Source of the DNA: Heterodontus francisci
Taxonomy: Eukaryota
DNA: 64,000 nt
Reading direction: 5' to 3'
Assembly (NCBI RefSeq): GCF_036365525.1
Contig: NC_090385.1
Span: 63,248,170-63,312,169 of the forward strand
Part shown: positions 25,044 through 38,733 of the stretch, in pieces
Layout: each line of letters starts with the position of its first letter
How positions within the stretch are numbered: the stretch's first letter is position 1
Position numbers and translations under genes: made by a program
Notes under the pieces: generated by a model
What the model saw: only the letters and a program-made list of their open reading frames with translations
The model's database searches: none
Told to the model about the DNA's origin: nothing

Positions 25044-25458
25044 TCCCACTTTACTGTGTTATTTATGTTGCTTAGTTCAAATTATTAGATCATTCAAAAT
25101 TTCAAGAACAAACACAACTTTGAAAGATCAAGAGTAGATTATATTAATGTATTTAATCGTGCAGTGAATTAGTGTACAACTACTGTGCAATGGATTTGTG
25201 ATTTAAATTCTTTAATACCAGTTAATTAGAATAGCTATGCTGCTACAAGTAGTTACTGAACAAAACCCACAGGAAGCAAGGTACTTGTGTGATTTATTGG
25301 TCACAGAAAGTATATATCCTAGAGTGGTCACAATGGGAAATGAGGTGGAGAAGATTACTACATATTTTTCTGCATCTTGCCAATCAAAGTTTTGTTAGAT
25401 CCGATCTCATAGTCATATGTAGCTCAGTTGGTAGCACTCTCACCTCTTGAGTGCTAAG

Positions 25459-28400
25459 TTTTTTTTATTCGTTCCTGGGATGTGGGCATCACTGGCTAGG
25501 CCGACATTTATTGCCCATCCCTAATTGCCCTTGAAAAGGCGGTGGTGAGCCTTCTTGAACGGCTGCAGTCCATGTGGGGTAGGTACATTGCTGTTAGGAA
25601 GGGAGTTCCAGGATTTTGGCCCAGCGACAGTGAAGGAACGGCAATATAGTTTCAAGTCAGGATGGTGTGTGGCTTGGAGGGGAACTTGCAGGTGGTGGTG
25701 TTCCCATGCATCTGCTGCCCTTGTCCTTCTAGGTGGTAGAGATTGTGGGTTTGGAAGGTGCTGTGTAAGGAACCTTGGTGCGTTGCAACAGTGCATCTTG
25801 TAGAAGGTACACATTGCTGCCACTGTGTGTCGGTGGTGGAGGGAGTGAATGTTGAAGGTGGTGGATGAGGTGCCAGTCAAGCTTTGTCCTGGATGGTATC
25901 GCTGCACCCAACCAGGCAAGTGGAGAGTATTCCATCACACTCCTGACTTGTGCCTTGTAGATGGCGGACAGGCTTTGGGGAGTCAGGAGGTGAGTTACTT
26001 GCCGCAGGATTCCTAGCCTCTGACCTGCTCTTGTAGCCACGGTATTTATATGGCTACTCCAGTTCAGTTTCTGGTCAATGGTAACACCTAGCATGTTGAT
26101 AGTGGGGGATTCAGTGATGGTAATGCCATTGAATGTCAAGGAGAGATGGTTAGATTCTCTCTTGTTGGAGGTGGTCATTGCCTGACACTTGCGTGTCATG
26201 AATGTTACTTGCCACTTAGGGCGGCACAGTGGCGCAGTGGTTAGCACCGCAGCCTCACAGCTCCAGGGACCAGGGTTCGATTCCGGGTACTGCCTGTGTG
26301 GAGTTTGCAAGTTCTCCCTGTGTCTGCGTGGGTTTTCTCCGGGTGCTCTGGTTTCCTCCCACAAGCCAAAAGACTTGCAGGTTGATAGGCAAATTGGCCA
26401 TTATAAATTGTCACTAGTATAGGTAGGTGGTAGGGAAATATAGGGACAGGTGGGGATGTTTGGTAGGAATGTGGGATTAGTGTAGGATTAGTATAAATGG
26501 GTGGTTGATGTTCGGCACAGACTCGGTGGGCCGAAGGGCCTGTTTCAGTGCTGTATATCTAATCTAATCTAAAAAATCTAATCTTATCAGCCCAAACCTG
26601 GATATTGTCCAGGTCTTGCTGCATTTCTACACGGACTGCTTCAGTATCTGAGGAGTCACGAATGGTGCTGAACAGCGAACATCCCCACTTCTGACCTTAT
26701 GATTGAAGGAAGGTCATTGATGAAGTATTTGAAGATGGTTGGGCCTAGGACACTACCCTGAGGAGCTCCTGCAGTGATTTCCTGGAGCTGAGATGATTGA
26801 CGTCCAACAACCACAACCATCTTCCTTTGCGCTAGGTATGATTCCAGCCAGCGCAGAGCTTTCCCCCTGATTCCCATTGACTCCAGTTTTGCTGGGGCTC
26901 CTTGATGCCATACTCGGTCAAATGCTGCCTTGATGTCAAAGGCAGTCACTCTCACCTCACCTCTTGAGTTCAGCTCTTTTGTCCATGTTTGAACCAAGGC
27001 TGTAATGAGGTCTGGAGCTGAGTGGCCCTGGCAGACCCAACTGAGTATCAGTGAGCAGGTTATTGCTGAGCAACTGCCGCTTGATAGCACTGTTGACGAC
27101 ACCTTCCAGTATTTTACTGATGAGTGAGCATAGACAGATGGGATGGTAATTGGCTGGGTTGGACTTGTCCTGCTTTTTATGTATAGAACATAACTGGGCA
27201 ATTTTTCCACATTGCTGGGTAGATGCCAATACTGGAACAGCTTGGCTAGGGGCGCGGCAAGTGCTGGAGCACAGGTCTTCAGTACTATTGCCAGAATGTT
27301 GTCAGGGCCCATAGCCTTTACAGTATCCAGTGCTTTCAGTCGTTTCTTGATATCTCACGGAGTGAATCGAATTGGCTGAAGATTGGCATCTGTGATGCTG
27401 GGGACTTCAGGAGGAGGCCGAGATGGATCATCCAATCGGCACTTCTGGCTGAAAATTGTTGTAAATGCTTTAGCCTTATCTTTCGCACTGATGTGCTGGG
27501 CTCCCCCATCATTGAGGATGGGAATATTTGTGCAGCCACTTCCTCCAGTTAATTTTTAATTTTCCACCACCATTCACGGCTGAATGTAGTCGGATTGCAG
27601 AGCTTAGATCTGATCCGTTGGTTATGGGATCGCTTAGCTATGTCTATCGCATGTTGCTTATTCAATTTGGCGCGCAAGTAGTCCTGGCTTGTATCTTCAA
27701 CAGGTTGACACCTTATTTTGAGGAATGCCTGGTGCTGCTCCTGGCATGCTCTCCTGTACTTTTCATTGAACCAGGGTTGGTCCCCCAGCTTCATGGTAAT
27801 GGTAGAGTGGGGGATATGCCAGGCCATGAGGTTACAGATTGTGGTTGAGTACAATTCTGCTGCTGATGGCCCACAGTGCCTCATGAATGCCCAGTTTTGC
27901 TTTGTTAGATCTGTTCGAAATCTATCCCATTTAGCACAGTGGTTGTGCCACACAAGACGATGGAGGGTATCCTCAAGGTGAAGACGGGACTTCATCTCCA
28001 TAAGGACTGTGTGGTGGTTACTCCTACTAATACTGTCATGGACAGATGCATCTGAGACAGGCAAATTGGTGAGGATGAGGTCAAGTATATTTTTCTCTTT
28101 TGTTGGTTCCCTCACCACCTGCCGCAAACCCAGTCTAGCAGCTATGTGCTTTAGGACTCGTCCAGCAGTGGTGCTACCAAGCCACTCTTGGTGATGGACA
28201 TTGAAGTCCCCCACCCAGAGTACGTTCTGCACCCTTGCCACCCTGCATGCTTCCTCCAAGTGCTGTTCAACATGGAGGAATACTGATTCATCAGCTGGGG
28301 GGTGGCGGGGTGGGGGGGAGGTGGTAGGTGGTAGTCAGCAGGAGATTTCTTTGCCCCTGTTTGACCTGATGCCATGTTGAGGACTCCCAGGGCAAGTCCC

Positions 28401-29038
28401 TCTCGATTGTATACCACTGTGCCGCCACCTCTGCTGGGTCTGTCCTGCCAGTGGGATCGGATATACCCGGGGATGGAGATCGCGGTGATTGTCCGTAAGG
28501 TATGATTCGGTGAGTGTGACTATATCAAGCTGTTCCTTGACTAGTCTGTGGGACAGCTCTCCCAACTTTGGTACAAGCGCCCAGATGTTAGTAAGGAGGA
28601 TTTTGCAGGGTCGACAGGGCTGGGTTTGCCATTGTTGTTTCCAGTGCTTAGGTCGATGCCAAGTGGTCTGTCCAGTTTCATTCCTTATTAACTTAGTAGC
28701 GGTACGATACAACTTAGTAGCTTGCTAGGCCATTTCAGAGGGCGTGTAAGAGTCAGCCACCTTGCTGTGGGTCTGGAGTTACATGTAGGCCAGACCAGGT
28801 AAGGAAAGCAGATTTCATTTTTTGAATCGCATTAGTGAATCAGATGGGTTTTTACAACAATCGACAATGGTATCATGGCCATCATTAGACTAGCTTTTTA
28901 ATTCCAGATTTTTTTTATTAATTGAATTCAAATTCCACCTTTTTCCATGGTGGGTTTCAAACCCATTACACCAGTGCAATACCTTGGGTTTCTGGGTTAC
29001 TAATCCAGTGAGAATACCTCTATGCTACTGCCTCACCC
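25459..29038 (-). mobile_element. Near full-length degraded CR1/L2-group LINE (APE-RT) with tRNA-like 5' head
   Basis: LTESYL, VGDFN, DIKAAFDRVWH, PQGSVLGP motifs; 3' tail GGCAATAAATG..CCCACATCCC; interrupts a Deu-SINE-like element and is itself interrupted by a V-SINE. Confidence 0.88.
26220..26584 (+). mobile_element. V-SINE (HE1-like)
   Basis: A box TGGCGCAGTGG, B box GGTTCGATTCC, V domain (GTCTGCGTGGGTTT..CCGG..GGTTTCCTCCCACA), CR1-type 3' end, (TCTAA)n tail. Confidence 0.92.
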
Positions 29039-29460
29039 TTTCTGGGTTCAAGTTCCACTCCAGGACTGGAGCACAACAATCTCGGCTGTCATTTCAGTGT
29101 AGTACTGAGGGAGTACTGCACAGTCAGAGGTTCCATCTTTCGGATGAGGCATTAAACTGAGGCTCTGCTTGCCCGCTCATGTGGGCATAAAAGATCCCAT
29201 AGTACTTTTTCAAAGAAGAGCAGGGAGGTTATCCCCGGCGTCCTGGGCAATATTTATCCCTCAATCAACATCACAAAAAAACAGATTATCTGGTCATTAT
29301 CACATTGCTGTTTGTGGGAGCTCGCTGTTTGCAAATTGGCTTCCGTGTTTCCTACATTACAACAGTACCTACACTTCAAAAGTACTTCATTGGCTGTAAA
29401 GCGCTTTGGTACCTCCAGTGGTCATGAAAGGCACTGTATAAATGCAAGTCTTTCTTTCTT
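29039..29460 (+). mobile_element. Deu-SINE-like element body (its head is at 25418-25458)
   Basis: A box TAGCTCAGTTGG lies before the LINE and B box GGTTCAAGTTCC after it; tail ATAAATGCAAGTCTTTC. Confidence 0.78.
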
Positions 29461-30065
29461 TAGACCCTAATTCTTAGTGCTCTGATGCCCTGCTCCATTT
29501 TCTAAAGGAACATTACATCTTTAAGACATTTGGTTCCGTTTTTTCAACTATATTACCATTTTCTGCTCTGCTTCCTTGAAGATATTGACTGTTGCAGGGG
29601 TACAGGTACCCGGAGATCTCAGTGGCTCACCCAAGTGACTATTCTTAATGTGTGTGCTTGAAACGGTGTATTTACTATTCAATGGTTGAGGCATCACAGT
29701 CCAGCTGATTCTGTTCTCATCCAATATCCCCACACATGTACTTAGTGCTACAGGTTATGGGATAGTGATCAGATACAGGAACCCTGGCTAATATTTTTAT
29801 CTACTCAAACTGGGGGCACTGAGGACAATTAGGGCACTCTTCTGACTGCCCTGGAGGAGATAAGCTAACTCAGTACAAATCAAACTTCAAACCTCAACCT
29901 TCCTGTTCTATGGGCCTCAGTACCACATCAAGTGATGTGTTTACCCAATATCCCATCAAGGAAGTTTTGGTTTCATTTTCTTGTTTAAAAATTCATAGCA
30001 TGTTTCAAAAGTCCTGATGAGCAAGATCTATTTGACAGCATTAATCCTGAATTCTTGTGTTGCAG

Positions 30066-30185
30066 GTGAGGCACATTCTCTGTGAAAAACACAGTAAAAT
30101 CATGGAAGCTATGGAGAAGTTGAAATCTGGCATGAAATTTAATGAAGTGGCTAGCCAATATAGTGAAGACAAAGCCAGACAAGGA
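30066..30185 (+). CDS. PIN4: PIN4 coding exon 3
   Basis: [40 protein letters not shown]; ttgcAG / GTaagt; 120 bp. Confidence 0.97.
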
Positions 30186-31056
30186 GTAAGTAGTAATTGA
30201 AACTATGTGGAAGTTTGTACCATGATGCATCTGATTCCCAGTGCTTATACTTAGTGGAATTGTTAAACTGTAAATCCTTCTGCATTCTGACTTCTTGCTA
30301 AATGCAATATGGCTGCAATCTTTATCTGGTTGACACTGTTTACTCAGGCATTTCGCTGAACCTATATGATTTCACTGTAAAATTACTTTGTGAACACTTC
30401 AGCATTGATTTATGTATTGAAGTAAAGTCATCTGGATACACTACATAATTACCTTGGGTTAGGTTGGCAGTATTCACACGGCCACTGATATGTATTCACT
30501 ACAAACTGCTTTAGGGTTAGTTTATCAGGAGTTATGCAGTCACTGTATTCCATGTTGAACTGCTTTTGATCAGGTAAACAAAATTCACATTCTGTCACTG
30601 AAGAACTGAAGAATGCTTTTACTTGACTGGGTTTGTTTGTTGAAATATTACCACTTAAGTTTATCCTACAAATGTGCCAGGATAGACTGTGCTATCACAT
30701 TTTTCCAATTTCCAATGGTGTCATTCTGTTACGATAGTGCCTTAAACTGGTTGAACAAAGGCAATAGCCCTCTATTGCCATATTCAAAATCTCTTGTGAA
30801 AGCTGACATAATCCCAAATAAGAACAGTACCAGGTTGTGAAGCCCTATTCAAACCAATTTTTTCCAGCCCTGTCCATGATTTAATGTTCTGTGTACTATT
30901 AGGCCAACCAGTACAGTTCACTGTTAAAAGTTGTAGGCAGGCTATTTGTGCAAATTTGCTGCATGCAAAACTTAAACACAATTTTCAAACTGTATATGAA
31001 TGTTTTCTTTCTATTCAAACAAACTGCATATGTAAAAATGACTCTTTCCCTATTAG

Positions 31057-31215
31057 GGCGATCTGGGATGGATGACCAGAGGTTCAATGGTGGGACCCTT
31101 CCAGGAAGCTGCTTTTGCTCTGTCCAACAGCACAACAGACAAACCCATTTACACTGACCCCCCTGTCAAAACCAAATTTGGCTATCACATCATCATGGTT
31201 GAAGGAAAAAAGTAA
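31057..31215 (+). CDS. PIN4: PIN4 coding exon 4 (to stop)
   Basis: [52 protein letters not shown]; parvulin PPIase signature; total 125 aa. Confidence 0.97.
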   Translation, partial: GDLGWMTRGSMVGPFQEAAFALSNSTTDKPIYTDPPVKTKFGYHIIMVEGKK

Positions 31216-31512
31216 AATGTATTTATTTTCAGTTTCAGTAAAACCATATTTTTGGTAAGAAATTGAACCCTTTCTCCTGGTTTCTGCAGCCCCAGACCTA
31301 TCGGAACAAAGAATGGAACGTGCTGACAGGCCTCCAGCAGTATTATGTTCACTGGCTGCAAAGAAGCGCATGCATAATTCAGAAATGACTTTTTTTTAAA
31401 TCCTTTCCCTCCTATAAAAATGACTTTGGTATACCATTATTTTTCATCCAGTGAAAAACCACTGCAAGTTGTACTTTTTTTCAAATTTTGATTTGTTGGT
31501 GGAATATGCCAA

Positions 31513-31518
31513 AATAAA
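31513..31518 (+). terminator. Probable PIN4 polyadenylation signal
   Basis: AATAAA ~300 nt after the stop, followed by T/GT-rich sequence. Confidence 0.6.
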
Positions 31519-32057
31519 TAGTATGCAGTTAAACACCATTCCTGCATTGTATACTTGATTTATAGTTTAATCAATTTTTAAAACTTACTGTTGGTCTTGG
31601 TTTTATGCAATGAAAAACTACAAAAAATATTTGTAAACGTTCCCCTACATTAATGGGTAACTGTTGACTCTGTGATATCGAACCACACAGAGCAGGAAGA
31701 CCGCAAGTTTGATCGGCAGGTCTATTCTGAGTTACCTCATCTCGGTTGAGGCATTAGTACCACGAGTATCTTAATTCAATTGCAAATGTGCATTATTACA
31801 CCAATGAAATTGCTTTGCAGCACTAGCACAGAGCATGACCATGGATTGCAATGTTAACAGAGTGCATCGTAAACAGAGTAGGAAGTTTAGAATTTGGTAA
31901 GTAGTGGTTGAGTAAGTCAGCCTAAAATTTAGTCTTAACATTTAGGGGAGAAACTTGTTTGTGAACCGCTGTGCAGCATCATTGATATCAATGAGGAAAT
32001 CTGCACAGGTGGCAGCCTGCGGCGCTGCTTGTCCCCGGGGAATCAAGGTAAGTCTGT

Positions 32058-33605
32058 TGTTACGACCGCGGCGGGAGCAACGCTTTGTCAGTTCAGTCCC
32101 GTCATTCCGCAGGTCGCAGCATATTATTAAGCTTTCACACTCAATCGGAAAACAGCCGAATTAAACACTCAAGTAACCTCAGAATAAAACAGACCAAACT
32201 AGGTATCTTTAGACAACAACAAATTCATTATTTATTAAAAAAACTAAATCTTAAACACTATTAAGACTATTAACACTATGTCTAAAGACCTTATAATTTC
32301 TTATTTTAACCTAACTCCTGCATTCACACACATACACTCAAAAAAACTGTTAACCGTTTTTAAAAATTAGCTATCTCTTAAGAATAAATAAAATTAGTAA
32401 GTTTTTGTAGGTTACGTTCCTAATGGATGCGGTCTTCTAATGTGAAAATAATCAAAGGTCACTCGTAGTCTTCATCCAGATTTGATGAAAATTGTCCTTC
32501 AGAAGATAGGCATTCAACTCTTCGGCTGCAGCAGGCATTAAAGTGTGCAGGTGCAACAGGGGGTAAAAAAGGCAAATGGTATGTTGGCCTTCATAGCGCG
32601 AGGATTCGAGTACAGGAGCAGAGATGTCTTGCTGCAATTATACAGGGCCTTGGTGAGGCCACACCTGGAATATTGTGTGCAGTTTTGGTCTCCTTATCTG
32701 AGGAAGGATGTTCTTGCTATGGAGGGAGTGCAGCGAAGGTTTACCAGACTGATTCCTGGGATGGCGGGACTGACGTATGAGGAGAGATTGAGTCGGTTAG
32801 GATTACATTCGCTAAGAAGAGTGAGGGGGGATCTCATAGAAACCTATAAAATTCTTACAGGACTTGACAGGGTAGTTGCAGGAAGGATGTTCCCAATGGT
32901 GGGGGAGTCCAGAACCAGGGGTCATAGTCTAAGGATACACGGTAAACCTTTCAGGACTGAGATGAGGAGAAATTACTTCACCCAGAGAGTGGTGAGCCTG
33001 TGGAATTCGCTACCACAGAAAACAGTTGAGACCAATACATTGTATGTTTGCAAGAAGGAGTTAGATTTAGCTCTTGGGGCGAAAGGGATCAAAGGATATG
33101 GGGGGAAAGCAGGAACTGTTTACTGAGTTGGATAATGAGCCATGATCATAATGAATGGCGGAGCAGGCTTGAAGGGCCAAATGGCCTACTCCTGCTCCTA
33201 TTTTCTACGTAAACAGCCCTTTGAACAATGAGCACAGCAATATAAACGGTGTCTTGAAAAAAAAGGCTTTTCTTTACTTAGGGAATTAATTTGGCTTGTA
33301 GCTTCTTGCAGAATTTTTGCTGAGAGAGAAATAGACAGCTTCTTTTCAGCATGCCTTGCCGGAAAGTCTCTCAGAACTAACTGATTTCAGCCAGTTTCTG
33401 CCAGTTCCACGCACAGCCAAGTGGACACATTGCACCATGTGACCTCTCCTGCTGTTGCCCAGGGCAACAAAAATGCAGCCGTGCACACTGTCTCAGGAAT
33501 TCCAGAATCTTCTCTCCCTTAAATGTGCACTGTTTTTAACAAAGTCTTAAAGAGACACACACTGTTTTTAATCCGAGGAGAAAAAATAATTACAGGTCCG
33601 TGACA
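32058..33605. mobile_element. Solo LTR (Gypsy-like) containing a CR1 fragment
   Basis: TGTTACGACC...GGTCCGTGACA inverted termini; 4-bp TSD CTGT. Confidence 0.75.
32543..33210 (+). mobile_element. CR1 3' fragment in solo LTR
   Basis: 193-aa ORF LVRPHLEYCVQFWSP...WNSLP plus 3'UTR. Confidence 0.92.
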
Positions 33606-35845
33606 CTGTAGTGGCGCCATGATAGGGAATCTGGTACAGGAGGTGTGTATAGGCCCCCTCGTAGCAGCTGTAAAGTGGTAGAATGTATTAACGCAAAGAT
33701 TAGACAAGCATATTGTAAAGGCAGAATTGTTTTAATGGGGAATTTTAACTTCCATACAGATTGGGATAAGCAGATGAGCTAATATCAAAAAGGTAGCAAA
33801 TTTTTTGAGTGGGTCCAGGATGATAACTTACTGCGACAATATGTCTTAGAACCAATAAGGGGGCATGCCATATTAGATTTTGTAATGAATAATGAGCCAT
33901 ATTTAGTGAACAACCTAACAGTGCGTGAACATTTCTCTAATAGTGATCATAATGTGATCGAATTCAATGTTGTGTTTGAAAGAGTAAAACGCAAAATAAT
34001 TCCTAAGATTCTAGATTTAGGTAAGGCCATTTTCATCACGATGCGACAGAGACTGTCCCCAGTCAACTGTTAATGGGTAAAATGCCAGAAGATCAGTGAC
34101 AGGTGTTCAAAAATAATTTAATCTGATACAGAACCAGTTAATATCCCTAAAGAGCAAGAGCTCTATTTGTCAAAAAAGGGCCATGGAGGACTAAAGAAGT
34201 AAGGAACAAAATAAAACTAAAAGATAAAGCACACAAAAGTGCAAAAACTAGCATAGATCCTGACAAATGGGAGAGATACAAAAGAACATCAAAGAGTGAC
34301 AAAACAGATGGTAAGGGCTACAAAAAGTGAATATGAAAAGAATCTTGCAAGGGAATCAAAATCAACGCACAAAACTTTTACAATTATATTAGGAAAAAGA
34401 GGGTGGTTAAAAGCAATGTGGGCCCCTTGAAAACTGAAAGTGATATAAATGAAAATAAGGAAATGGACATACTAAATAATTACGTCAGTTTTTATAGAAG
34501 AGGAAGAGAATAGTGTGCCAGATATGCTAAAGAAAATAATATTGAATCAGGAATGGGGGCTGACCATAATTAAGAAAATTAACAGTAATGAAAATAATGG
34601 CACCACACAACATAAGATAAAAACATGAGACATAGGGGCAGGAGTAGGCCATCCGACCCTCAAGCCTGCTGCACCGTTCAATAAGATCATGGCTGATCTT
34701 TCACCTTAACTCCACCTTCCCGCACTATTCCCACATCCCTTGTTTCCTTTTAGTGTCCAAAAATCTAACCATCTCCATCTTAAATATAACCAACAACCAC
34801 AGTTCTCTGGCATGATAAAGCCCCAGGACCAGATGGTTTTCATCCCAGGGTTTTAAAGAAAGAAGGTGGGAACATTGCAGATGCCCTAACTATAATCTTC
34901 CAAAGGTCTCTTGACTCAGTAACCATTCCTTTAGATTGGAAAAGTGCACACCGCTTTGCTATTTGAGAGATGGAGACCAGGAATTATAGGCCAAGTTAGC
35001 CTCACATCTGTTGTTGGGAACTATAATTATATAATTATAATGATATGTCTATAATTAAGAATAGAGTGACTGACCACCTTGCAAATTTTCGGCTGATCAT
35101 AGAGAGAGCCAGCATGGATATATAAAGGGTAGGTCATGCCTCACGAAGCTGATTGTATTTTTTGAAGAGGTGACTAAAGCAGTAGACAGACAAATGTCTG
35201 GATTTTATTTATGTGGACTTTCAGAAGGCATTTGGTAATGTCCGTCATAAGAGGGAGCTAAAGTTGAAGCTCAAGGCAAATTATTGACCTGATTAGTAGA
35301 TTGGCTGAACAACAGGAGACGAGAGAAGGGATAATGCGCAGGTACTCTAATTGGCAGGATGTGACTAGTGGCATCCCACAGGGATCTATTTTGGGGCCTC
35401 AACTATTCACTGTATTTATTGACAACTTAGATGATAGAATAGAGAGCCACACATCCAGGTTTGATGATACAAAGATGGGCAGCATCATAAGCAGTGTAGA
35501 CAGAAGCATAAAATTAGGTTAAGAGAATGGGAAAAACTATGGTGTATAGATTTCAATATAGGCAAGCGAGAGGTCATCTACATTAGAGAAAAAGGATAGA
35601 TCAGAGTATTTTCTACGTGGTGAAAAGCTAGAAGCAGTGGCGATCCAAAGAGACTTAGGGGTCCATGTACATAGAACATTAAAATGTCATGGATAAGCAC
35701 AAAAAATAATGAAAAGGTCTAATAAAATGCTGGCCTTTATATCTAGAGTTTTAGAATACAAGGGGGTTGGAAGTCATGTTGCAGCGAAGCAAAACCCTGG
35801 TTAGACCACACCTGGACTACTGTGTTCATTTCTGGGCACCTCTCT

Positions 35846-37540
35846 TTTAAGCAGCCCTTCGAGATCGAGGATGACTTGCTTCCACTCCAGTTTGATGGTT
35901 TTTAGTTTTTTTTTAGTTTTAGTTTTAGTTTTAGTTTTAGAGATACAGCACTGAAACAGGCCCTTCGGCCCACCGAGTCTGTGCCGACCATCAACCACCC
36001 ATTTGTACTAATCCTACACTAATTCCATATTCCAACCACATCCCCACCTGTCCCTATATTTCCCTACCACCTACCTATACTAGTGACAATTTATAATGGC
36101 CAATTCACCTATCAACCTGCAAGTCTTTGGCATGTGGGAGGAAACCGGAGCACCCGGAGGAAACCCACGCAGACACAGGGAAAACTTGCAAACTCCGCAC
36201 AGGCAGTACCCGGATTTGAACCCAGGTCACTGGAGCTATGAGGCTGCGGTGCTAACCACTGCAACTGCACCACTGTGCTGGGTTTTGAGATGGCTGATAA
36301 GTCCAACATGTGATCCGCAGATTCTGCCACATGAGGGACAGGTAAATGAGTAGTTTGGAGGTTTTTGTGCTCCCTCCAACGCCTCAACGTGGCCTCCACA
36401 CGTTCCTGATGAAGTCCCTCAAGGTGTACAATACCTTCCTGAATGAACCTTTTCCATCTAGGATGGTCATGAGCCAGGGACTTCCACAAGTCAACAGGAA
36501 TGTCTGATCTCTTTAGTAATGCTTTGAGAACATCGGTAAAGTGTTTCCGCTGTCCTCCTGGGACTCACCTGCCACGACCAAGTTCTGAGTAGAACAGCTG
36601 CTTCGGGAGTCTAGTGTCAGGCATGCGAATGACATGTCCTGCCCAGCGGAACTGGATTTGGGTGATTAGCGCCCTGACGCTGGGCAGTTTGGCTTGGGAG
36701 AGGGTGCTGCTGTTGGACCACCTTTCCTGTCACTGGATTTGGACGATCTTGTGATGGCACCTATGGTGGTACTTCCCCAGTGCTTTGAGGTGCCTGCTAT
36801 AGGTTGTCCAAGTCTCCTTAGTATATAGGAACACCGGGTCACTGCTGCCCAGTAAACCATGATCTTAGTCTTGGGTTTGAGATCCTGATCCTCAAATACT
36901 CTCTTCCTCAGTCGGCAAAAGGCTGAGCTGGCACATTGTAGGCAATGATGAACCTCGTCGTCTATGTCTGCCTTTGCCAAGAGAAGGCTCCTAAGATATG
37001 GAAAATGGTCCACATTTTACAGTATCTCACCATTGATCTTGATTGACAGGGGGACATGTTGTGCTGTGAGAGCTGGTCGAAAGAGGACCTTCATTTTTTG
37101 AGTGTTTAGTGGAAGACCCATTTTTTCATATGCTTTGGAGAAGGAGTTGACAATGATCTGGAGCTCAGTTTCAAAGTGAGAGCACATGCAAGCATCATCC
37201 GCATCCTGATGCTCCACAACTGAGGTTGGAGTGATTTTGGTTTTGGATTGAAGGCAGCATAGGTTGAACAGTTTCCTGTCCTGTAGATTATCTCCAGCCT
37301 GTGGCGTTTACTGGAGGTGAGGTGTAGCATTGCAGTGAGGAAAATGGAGGAGGTTTGGTGCAATGACACAGCCTTGTTTGACCCCTGTTTTGATTGAGAT
37401 AGGGTCTGTGGTGGTTCTGTTGGTGAGGATCACGGCTTGCATGTCATCGTGGTGTAGACGGAGGATGGTGACAAACTTCTGAGAGCAGCCAACTTTGAGC
37501 AGGATGCTACGTAAGCCTTTGTGGTTGACAGAGTCAAAGG
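35846..37540 (-). mobile_element. RTE-clade LINE fragment inside a CR1, split by a V-SINE
   Basis: KTFDSVNH, GVKQGCVIAP, DHFPYL.SLL..ADIDDEV motifs. Confidence 0.85.
35900..36280 (-). mobile_element. V-SINE (HE1-like)
   Basis: Reverse complement of the 26220 element with a (CTAAAA)n tail; inserted in an RTE. Confidence 0.92.
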
Positions 37541-37838
37541 TTTTTGGGCAGCACACCTTAGGAAGGATATATTGGCCTTGGAGGGACTGCAGCATAGATT
37601 TACTAGAATGATATCTGGACGCCAAGGGTTAAGTTACAAGGAGAGATTACTCAAACTAGGGTTGTATTCCTTGGAATTTAGAAGATTAAAGGGTGATTTG
37701 ATCAAACTTTTCAAGATAAGAGCAACAGGCAGATAGAGAGAAACTATTACTGCTTATTGAGGAATTTAGGACTGGGGATTCACGTAAAAATTAAAGCCAG
37801 GCCTTTCAAGGATGAAGTCAGGAAACACTTCTACATGC

Positions 37839-38733
37839 TGTTGTAAAAGTGCTTCTATATTTTCTGTTAAGTTTATTTTGAGGACTCATGTACTTTAGAA
37901 TTATGGACGTTGTTTTATTTGGGAAAACTGCAAAGGATTCCATGGATTTTTTTTTCATTGAGGTCGGAAGCTCTTTTGGACTTGGTTTGTAAACAACCCT
38001 TACTGGAAATCACCTGCCTTTAGATAATTACCCAGCAGGGGCTTTTTGACCTGGGCAAGATGTTTACAGAGAAGTGACAGGTCAAGTTTTATAGGGGTCA
38101 GGAGGATTGACTCTTGAGATATTGTTTTTGGTTTCGCTTTGGACAGTGAGTTGGGGTGTCGAGTGTTTTGAAAGGACTTTTAAATTAGCCTGCCATGGAC
38201 AAAACCCCAGTTCAGCCTTTGTCATCTCTTTGAGAAGCTCTTAAAAAGTGTAATAAATAGAGAAATTGATGCTGCATTCCTCCTGAAAGGTCTGCCAGAA
38301 ATCCCTGTTGCTGCATTTCTCCTGGAAAGCCTGCCAAAATGATCTTCAACGTCACCTGAAAAGAACTGTTCTAGAAAGATCCCCATAGCTGGGATGCCAA
38401 ACCAAAAAAGGACAATGGACATATTTCCATATCTTCTCTTTTTCCTTCAAGAATTAGCAAGTATTTAGCTAAAGTATTCTTCTTTTATCTTTTTTTGTAA
38501 CAGAACTCTAAAGAGAAAATCTCTGTTTTTCAGTTAACTGGTGTGTGTGTGTGCGTGAGGGGCTAAGGTAAAAAGGGAACTTACATATTTCAATCTGTGT
38601 GTTAATGCTTTGCTTCGTTATTGGTTAGCTCTTGTTTTATAATAAACTGATAATTTTGTTGTTTATTAAAGAAACCTGGTTGGTGTATTTTATTCTAGGA
38701 AGACAGTACACTCCTCCCATCTCGGTCATAACA
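37839..38733 (+). mobile_element. Solo LTR (Gypsy-like) inside a CR1
   Basis: TGTTGT...ATAACA termini, TSD ATGC, AATAAA at 38641; the CR1 resumes on both sides. Confidence 0.8.

Noticed and set aside
26220-26290. tRNA gene
   Set aside because: A/B boxes are SINE heads continuing into a V domain and LINE-type tail; also at 36200-36280 and 39243.
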